A stretch of DNA of 64,000 nt. It comes from Naegleria gruberi (Eukaryota). The translations under genes and the position numbers were made by a program. Positions 57,237-64,000 of this stretch are shown here, piece by piece; the first letter of the stretch is position 1; each line of letters begins with the position of its first letter. A model generated the notes under the pieces. That model did not search any database. It was not told where the DNA came from and saw only the letters and a program-made list of their open reading frames with translations. The stretch is taken from NCBI GenBank assembly GCA_000004985.1, contig GG738874.1. One strand, written 5' to 3'.

Positions 57237-58619
57237 ATGCTGAGTCAGAGTAATACAGTTGATCATCACGAGGATCGATCGGAACATGATCATCATTCTA
57301 ATAATAATAATGGCACCAGTTTATCCATTGATTGCATTGAACACATCTTGTCATGCATGAGATTGAAGGACAGAATATCAATTTCGTTAATTAATCACGA
57401 TTGGAATAGAGGTTTTGAAAAGAGCGTCAAGACACTCATGATTACAAAAACCAAAAGTAAGGCTTGGTTACAAGATTTTAAAAAGTTTAGAGGTTTTATT
57501 AAGAGATTCCCAGAAATTCAAAACTTTACTTTAGAATCACCTATTGAAGTTTCGAGGGCTAAGGATGAGACGACTATGTGGTTCTCGATGAATGTTGTTC
57601 AAACATTATTGGATGAGTTGCCTTCATCACTGAAGAGTTTTACATTGTCACATTTTGCTTTGGGATTGTCATCGAAAACATTCGAATTGGTAATTCCTGA
57701 ATCGAAACAATTGAGAGAGTTGACTTTTATTAATTGTAAACGAGCACACGGTTTGACTGTTTCAAATTGTGGAAATTTGAGAAGTTTGTCAGTTTCATGG
57801 GGAAGCTTCTTTATCAAGAACTCTGGGTTTGAAGAATTGAAGAATTTGAGATATTTGAACTTGTCTAATAATAAGGTGGTCACTGATGAATTGTTGGATA
57901 ATATTGTAAAGAACTGTCCTTCTTTGGAAAAACTAGTGTTGGTTGGCTGTCTTAACATTCAGTCTCCGTTCAAAGATGTCAATTTGAATTGTTTGAAATA
58001 TTTAGATCTCTCAGCTACCAATATTAGAGATTCATGTATTGAGAATATTTGTTCTGGAACAGCACTCAATTTGGAAGAGTTGAGATTGAGAACTTGTATG
58101 GGCTTGGTCTCTCCATCATTTAAAGACATCCCTTCCATTAAAATTATTGGCTCACAATTCAATGCAGGAATTCAAACAGCAAGTTTCCACAAATTAAGAA
58201 GATTGGAAAAGATTGATTTGGACGGAAATATTTGCCTTAAAAAGATTTATATTTCTCAATGTAAAAGTATCATATATTTGGATGTGAGTAAGACTTTGAT
58301 TAATGATGAGGCGCTCGAAGAAATATTTTCAGAATGTCCAGAATTGAAACAATTCTTTGCTATCAAATGCTACAAATTGAAGAGTCCTAAACTTGTCCAC
58401 TCCAAATTGGAGGAAATTAGATGTACAAACTCGTGTTATCTCACTAAGAATACTGTCTTTGATTGTCCAAACATTATTTCTCAACATTTCATTGGTACTA
58501 TTCTCGGTCCAGGAGAGTTTACAGTTCCTCTTGTGTTGAGAGAAGATGTGGCAGAGGCCGCAGAACTTGCAAAAGCTGGCATGGTAAAGAATCATGTTAA
58601 TCGGTTAAATAAGTTCTAG
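57237..58619 (+). CDS. F-box plus LRR (FBXL-like) protein
   Basis: N-terminal F-box IDCIEHILSCMRLKDRISISLINHDWN, then about 12 LRRs of the CxxLxxLxLxxCxxITD type. Confidence 0.6.
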   Translation: MLSQSNTVDHHEDRSEHDHHSNNNNGTSLSIDCIEHILSCMRLKDRISISLINHDWNRGFEKSVKTLMITKTKSKAWLQDFKKFRGFIKRFPEIQNFTLESPIEVSRAKDETTMWFSMNVVQTLLDELPSSLKSFTLSHFALGLSSKTFELVIPESKQLRELTFINCKRAHGLTVSNCGNLRSLSVSWGSFFIKNSGFEELKNLRYLNLSNNKVVTDELLDNIVKNCPSLEKLVLVGCLNIQSPFKDVNLNCLKYLDLSATNIRDSCIENICSGTALNLEELRLRTCMGLVSPSFKDIPSIKIIGSQFNAGIQTASFHKLRRLEKIDLDGNICLKKIYISQCKSIIYLDVSKTLINDEALEEIFSECPELKQFFAIKCYKLKSPKLVHSKLEEIRCTNSCYLTKNTVFDCPNIISQHFIGTILGPGEFTVPLVLREDVAEAAELAKAGMVKNHVNRLNKF

Positions 58620-58660
58620 AATAATCTTAATAAATATGTACAGATTGACTAGTGTCAATA

Positions 58661-59728
58661 TTAAACAAAAATCAAAGCTTGTTGTGAATCAGGTGAGCCT
58701 TTTGTAATAGATGCAATAAAAGCATCACTCTTTGAACTCAAAAATTGTTTAAAAGTTGGCCAATTATAAACAAATCTTGGAAATGAATCAGTTTTCAAGT
58801 GAAGTTTCACTGCATTGGTAGCTGGTTGAAGAACTGACTCAAGTTGACCATTCCACATGACCAAATCTGTTTGTGTAGACAATGTATTCTTTAAATCTTC
58901 CCAATCCTTCAACAGTTTACTTCTCGTTCTATTATCAATATTAATTTCTCTACTCGATCCATGTTCAACAAATTCCTGTATTACCAATCTATCAAATTCC
59001 TCAATAAGAATTGATCCTTGTTTCTGAATTTGAAAACACGACTCCAAAAATTCGAATGGTTCAATATTATGTTCCTCGATAAGAAATTGTTTAAAGGTAT
59101 ATTTCATTTCCTCATTTTTCAATACACTGGAGAATTTAAACTTGACACTCGATGGAATATCCTTATGTTTTGATGGTGGAACAAGGTGAGTCTGAGCTGG
59201 TATTGAAAGAAATAACTTTAAATTCTGATTATTCAACAATACTGGATTATCAACAAATTCCAAAAGTAAATGTTGAAAGGCCTCTTTACGTTCAGCAATT
59301 AATTTCTCATTAAATTCTTTAAATTTATGAAATATGGTCCATATTTAAATATTATCAACTCTCTTACTTACTTTTGAAACTCTTTGGTGGAAAGATTGTT
59401 TTAAAATCTGAACTGGTCAACTTTCTACATTCATCGTGTAATAATTTAAAATCACTATAACGTTTTCTCGAGTTGTACACAATTCTAGTCTCTGGAAACC
59501 CCGATTTGACAACTTCTGTCTGTATTAAATAGGTAGTCTTGGCACCTAATCCCTTTCCTTTGACATTCGAATAATTTTAACATTATATTCGAATCATCAA
59601 AAATTAAAACAATAACTAACCTTCTTTCATAGGATCGCCAACTACAAGCGAGAAAATTCTGCAAACGCCCGAAGATGAATTTTTGGATGAAAAAGCCTCC
59701 ACGGGCTGTTGCTCTTTCATCATTTTTT
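58661..59728 (-). CDS. PX-domain plus RGS-like-domain protein in 3 exons
   Basis: Hand-spliced product MMKEQQPVEAF...LVVGDPMKEG|KGLGAKTTYLIQTEVVKSGFPETRIVYNSRKRYSDFKLLHDECRKL...FPPKSFK|EFNEKLIAERKEAFQHLLLEFVDNP (PX domain with RRYSDF and the +xxLxxYL motif). An RGS-like FKQFLIEEHNIEPFEFLESCFQI follows. Both donors are GTAAGT. Confidence 0.55.
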
Positions 59729-60008
59729 TTTATTGTTCGAATCAAAATAAATGTCACTTTGATTTTCACATTAAGAACTCTTCAAAATGTGTGATTATAA
59801 TAGGTTGTTTCTGAATAGGATTTGCATTCCTTCTTTAGAATCATCATTCTTTTACAAAAAAACTGTAAATGCCAAATAACCACTGAATGTACTGTAATAT
59901 AACAACTTTGGTACTGAGTAGCCCAGTGGTCGAATGTTCAATTCCTTCCTAACCACATCCTAATTTTTATCACCGCCAAAATGACTTCGAATAAACACTG
60001 GAAAAAAA
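59729..60008. promoter_or_regulatory. Divergent intergenic region between the PX-RGS gene (- strand) and the SNF2 helicase gene (+ strand)
   Basis: About 280 bp lying between two start codons that face away from each other. It contains a tRNA-like fragment, which is listed under rejected items. Confidence 0.25.
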
Positions 60009-63000
60009 ATGGTTCAATGTGATTGTGGAGAGGAGGCTGCAAGTTTGATTGTTCGGAAAGAAGGACCAAACAAGGGACGTTCTTTTCATTCATGTGCTTC
60101 GAGAAGTTGTCAGTTTTTCAAGTGGGGTTCTGCAGAAAGTCAGCAACAGCAACAACCTTCATCATCAATCGGAAGAGTTTCATCTGCAAGTAATAATAAT
60201 AATAACAATGGAAAATCAACAACAATTAATAGGAATAATACAAGTAATCATACTCGTAATACAAACAGTATTGATGGCGATAATGATGATGATTTTGCAA
60301 CAGTGGATTTTTCTGCACCACCTTCTAGGAGAATTGTTGTCTCTAATAATTCATCAGCCAACAAAACAACAACAACAAATACAACAACAACCTCCAAATC
60401 AACCAATAATAGGCAAGCAGGGACATCATCCTCAACAAGTACTAATTCTTCATCACAAAAATCAAGTCGAGTAGATGATGTTTCGAGTGATGGGAAAACC
60501 ATTCCGAAATGTAAACATGGATTGGATACAATTCTGTTAAAGGTGAAGAAAGAAGGACCAAACCAAGGAAAGTTGTTTTGGTCTTGTACTGAGAAGGAAG
60601 ACTCTTGTCAATTCTTTGAATGGTTGAAAGGAAACGAAAATGATTATCTTCATCTATTGAATGTAAATCCAAACAAGAAGAAGAAGACAAAAGAATCCAG
60701 TAGTGATGAAGGTAGTAGCTCATCTGGCTCTGGAGAAAAGAAAAAATCATCCAACCATATTGAATTTGAAATTTGTACATTAGAGGTAAATGGTGACCAT
60801 GAATTGACAGTGAGAGAATTTGAAGATGATAATGCTCCAAACTCAGAAGGAATTACAGAAGATTATTCAAGGATGATGCAAAATTCTCTCGCTCTTAGAG
60901 TGTTAGTCTCTAAACGAATTGCTTCAAAAGTTGCTGAAGCTTTGAATGAATTCAATTGTTTGAATAAGCTTAAGGAAACAGAAAATGAAGACTCTGAGGA
61001 CGAAAAAAAGAAAGTTGATCTCTATTTTGAATATAAGAACTATTCAGCTATTTTGAAAAAAATCAAAAAACATGAACTTGCCTCCAAATGTAATATTGTG
61101 GAACTTCCTGATTTTGTTATTCGATTGTTAAAGAATTACTCTGAATTGACAGATAAGAATAGCAATATTGACCCTTGGAAACGTATTCCAAAACAATTAC
61201 AAAACTCATTCCTTCCCTTCCAAAAAATTGGTGTCGAGTTTGGAATTAAAAAAGAAGGCCGTGTTTTGATATCAGATGAAATGGGTCTTGGTAAAACCAT
61301 TCAATGCATTGCCATTGCTACACATTTCTCAAATGATTGGCCATTGTGGATTGTATGTCCAGGATCTTTAAAAGCTAATTGGAAAAAGGAAATTTTAAAG
61401 TGGATGGGAGGGCAAACTGTTAAAGTGGATGGTTCTGATGAATTTATAACTTCCATGCAAATTAATGTCATTGACAATAGCAGTCAAGTCAATAAGGGGT
61501 TTTCCCTTATCAATATTATTTCCTATGATTTGTTAGCGAAGGACAATATTATTTCATTGGTTGAAAAGGAATTTGAAAAGAAAAAGAAAGGTGTCATGGT
61601 TTGTGATGAGTCTCACTTGTTAAAGAGTTTATCTAGCAAGAGATCACAATCATTGGTACCACTTTTAGAGCAAGCTACTAGAACTATCCTTGCAAGTGGT
61701 ACAAGTTGCATGTCGAGACCAATTGAGCTTTTTTCTCAAATTAAGGCCATCATTGGAAAGAACAGTATCAAGAAGCTTGAATTTGGCTATAGATATTGTG
61801 GTCTTACTCAAAAACCAAAATATGACTCGGATTACAAAGGATCTAGTAGATTATCTGAGCTATATTGCCTACTTTCCAATACAATAATGATAAGAAGATT
61901 GAAAAGAGATGTTTTAACAGAGTTACCACCTAAAAGGAGGTCCAAGTACTATTTACATGTAAAGGAAGAAGATCTCAAACAAATTAATGGCATTGGAGGT
62001 GATTCTAAGAAAAAGTTCTACCAAAAAGATTGGGGTAAACTCCAGAAAGATAAGGATGTTATTGCTAAATATGTGAAAACTGCTGAGGCTAAAATAGATG
62101 GAATCAGGTCTTACCTCAGAAAAATTATTCCCAAGAAGGAGAAGTTTCTCATATTTGCTCACCATAGGCGTGTGATGGATGCAATAGAAGAAACTGTGAA
62201 ACAAGAGCTGTCATATTTAACAAAATATAGTCACTCAAGTGTTAGTGATGATATTCTGGAGGAGGATATTTTCACTACTAAGGGCTCTACACATGACGAC
62301 ATTGAGGAATTTGAGGATGATGATGTAAAAACTTACGAGTATATTAGAATAGATGGCGAGACAAAGGACAGAGAGGGATTAGCTCATCACTTCAGATCAA
62401 CTGAGAATTGTCTCGTTGCCATCCTATCTATGAATGTAGCAGGTTGTGGTCTTAACTTTGTGCCATGCTCTACTGTTGTATTTGCAGAACTGTGTTGGAA
62501 TCCAGCCTTACTCAATCAATGTGAAGATCGTTGTCACAGAATTGGACAAAAAGGAGCTTTTGTGGATATCACGTACTTATTGGCAAAGAAAACCTTGGAC
62601 GATTTCATGTGGGATTTATTAACCAAGAAGGCTGACATTACAGACCTTGCATTAAATGGTCAAAAAGAAGAGAAGTCATCTCACTTAACAAGAAGTGTGC
62701 AGGACATTACAACACCCAAAAAGAAGTCACTCTCCTTGGGGGGTAGTAGCTCAATAGAAAAGTATTTGAAACCCTCACCAACCACTTCAACAACCACAGT
62801 TACTGAATCCACAAGTTCATCACCTCCTAAGCTAGACGATTCTGTCATTATGTTAGATGATGACGATGATGATATTTCACTTAATTCAAATACAATCCAT
62901 TCCAAAAAGACAGATTCAAAAGAAGACAAATCATCATCCAGTAAGAAACGATCTTCCTCAACCATAACACCTCCTAACAATACCAAGAAGAAGCTTCTCT

Positions 63001-63047
63001 TCCCTACACAAAAGAACACCCTCTTCTCCTATTGTACAAAGAAGTAA
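60009..63047 (+). CDS. SNF2-family annealing-helicase-like ATPase (SMARCAL1/ZRANB3-like motor) with two N-terminal GRF-type zinc fingers
   Basis: The GRF fingers are C.[24 protein letters not shown]....CQFFKWG and [26 protein letters not shown].....CQFFEWL. The motor starts [39 protein letters not shown]...[19 protein letters not shown] (SMARCAL1 has [34 protein letters not shown]...WPLLVVVPSS). DESH and helicase-C motifs follow. Confidence 0.8.
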   Translation: [1012 protein letters not shown]

Positions 63048-63163
63048 TTTCTTTAATCAATAAACTTTACCTGCACTGTATGAGAATGCTGATAATTGTG
63101 TTCAAATGTTTACAATTGAGTTCATGATCAAATCACCATCAAAAAAAATATCATCACAGTTAG

Positions 63164-64000
63164 ATGTCTTTTCTTCCACCACCACCAGTTACTTCAGCAG
63201 CTTTACCGTTTGGATCTGCTGCAATAGTGCCAACAATGCCTCCTCCTCACCCTCTTGTATCAGCAACAATAACAGCAACAGCAACAACAACAACAACAAA
63301 TTCTGTTGATGTTTCGGCAGAAGTAAAACCAATTGATACAACAAAGAGATATCAACAAGATAATCGGGTGGATATTAATACAAAGGATGCTTTTGCGAAT
63401 GGATTTTCAAAATACTTTTTAAACGATTTATTTTCTGATATTTCGATCAATCACATTCCAACAAATAGGAGTTATAGATGCCATCGTATTATTTTAGCTC
63501 ATCAATCCCAATTCTTTGAAAGTTTATTCACTTGTGCTTTTAGAGATTCGAGTGGATCTGTTGAAGTTCATTTTGAGGATACGGAAAGTGTTTTTGAAAA
63601 GGTTTTGGAATATTTGTATACAGGAAAAGTTAATATTCCAGTGACTTCAATTGTTGCACTTCATGTTGCTGCTGATCAGTTGATTTGTCCCGATCTTTCA
63701 AATAGTGTGATGAATTTGTTGGATCAATTTATTTCCAACGAGAATGTATTTTCATTCTTGGATGATTCTTTGAAATTGTATGATGATGGAATTTTAGAGA
63801 AGGCATGTGGATATATTGCTCTCAATTTTGTACAATTAATTGATGAGTTTAATTTAATTTTTCTTGATCTTCCTCCTCAAGTATTTTTCGGAATAATTGC
63901 TCATGAAAACATTGGAAAGGGGCCAGGAGCCAAGACCAAGAAGTGTGCTCTTATTACTGAATGTGTAAATGAATTTTGTAAGAAGAATAATGTTTTGGAA
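63164..64000 (+). CDS. BTB/POZ-domain protein; the 3' end is truncated by the window edge
   Basis: ATG at 63164, with an open frame to position 64000. The BTB core is DISINHIPTNRSYRCHRIILAHQSQFFESLFTCAFRDSSGSVEVHFEDTESVFEKVLEYLYTGKVNIP. Confidence 0.55.
   Translation, partial: MSFLPPPPVTSAALPFGSAAIVPTMPPPHPLVSATITATATTTTTNSVDVSAEVKPIDTTKRYQQDNRVDINTKDAFANGFSKYFLNDLFSDISINHIPTNRSYRCHRIILAHQSQFFESLFTCAFRDSSGSVEVHFEDTESVFEKVLEYLYTGKVNIPVTSIVALHVAADQLICPDLSNSVMNLLDQFISNENVFSFLDDSLKLYDDGILEKACGYIALNFVQLIDEFNLIFLDLPPQVFFGIIAHENIGKGPGAKTKKCALITECVNEFCKKNNVLE

Noticed and set aside
59918-59966. A tRNA-like fragment (GGTACTGAGTAGCCCAGTGGTCGAATGTTCAATTCCTTCC) with D-arm-like and T-loop-like strings
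   Set aside because: It is only about 45 nt and has no anticodon arm. The T-stem does not pair and the acceptor stem cannot be closed. At best it is a tRNA-derived relic. This was not computed with a covariance model.
1-64000. Prokaryotic-style features such as a defence island, CRISPR array, operon or IS element
   Set aside because: The sequence is eukaryotic: it has spliceosomal introns with GTAAGT donors and eukaryote-only genes (TPR, CDK8, Sec22, Sac1, eL20). No direct-repeat/spacer array and no transposase were seen.

Overview
The window is eukaryotic nuclear DNA, not prokaryotic. It is AT-rich (about 65% AT) and has many short spliceosomal introns of 39-100 nt with GTAAGT/GTATGT donors and (T/C)AG acceptors. 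Intergenic regions carry poly-A/T tracts, and the proteins carry poly-Q/N/S/T tracts. Gene content (TPR, Cdk8, LTV1, Sec22, Sac1, eL20, a Zn2Cys6 factor, Dicty-type EGF/cysteine repeats, many F-box/LRR proteins) points to a dictyostelid-like social amoeba; this is an inference and the species cannot be named. It is a draft assembly, with N gaps at 19313-19362 and 49200-49991. Roughly 40 protein-coding genes are packed on both strands. No rRNA, CRISPR array or prokaryote-style operon was found, and no tRNA could be called with confidence. The ORF track uses alternative start codons (TTG shown as M) and does not model splicing, so several real genes are split across or truncated in the listed ORFs; exon joins below were re-derived by hand. 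The most interesting candidates are: (1) a tandem pair of divergent ubiquitin-like genes that end exactly in Gly-Gly-stop, directly upstream of a minimal class-II nucleotidyltransferase-like gene; (2) a tandem triplication of Amt ammonium-transporter genes that share a 13-nt micro-exon; (3) a cdk8 gene whose apparent stop codon is split by a 45-nt intron, which joins on a Q/P/H-rich C-terminal tail; (4) an eIF2-alpha-kinase-like gene whose catalytic HRD motif is replaced by HNN; (5) a SMARCAL1/ZRANB3-like annealing helicase with two N-terminal GRF zinc fingers; (6) an apparent frameshift in a Ubc7-type E2 gene. All protein identifications rest on motif-level recognition by eye. No database search was run.
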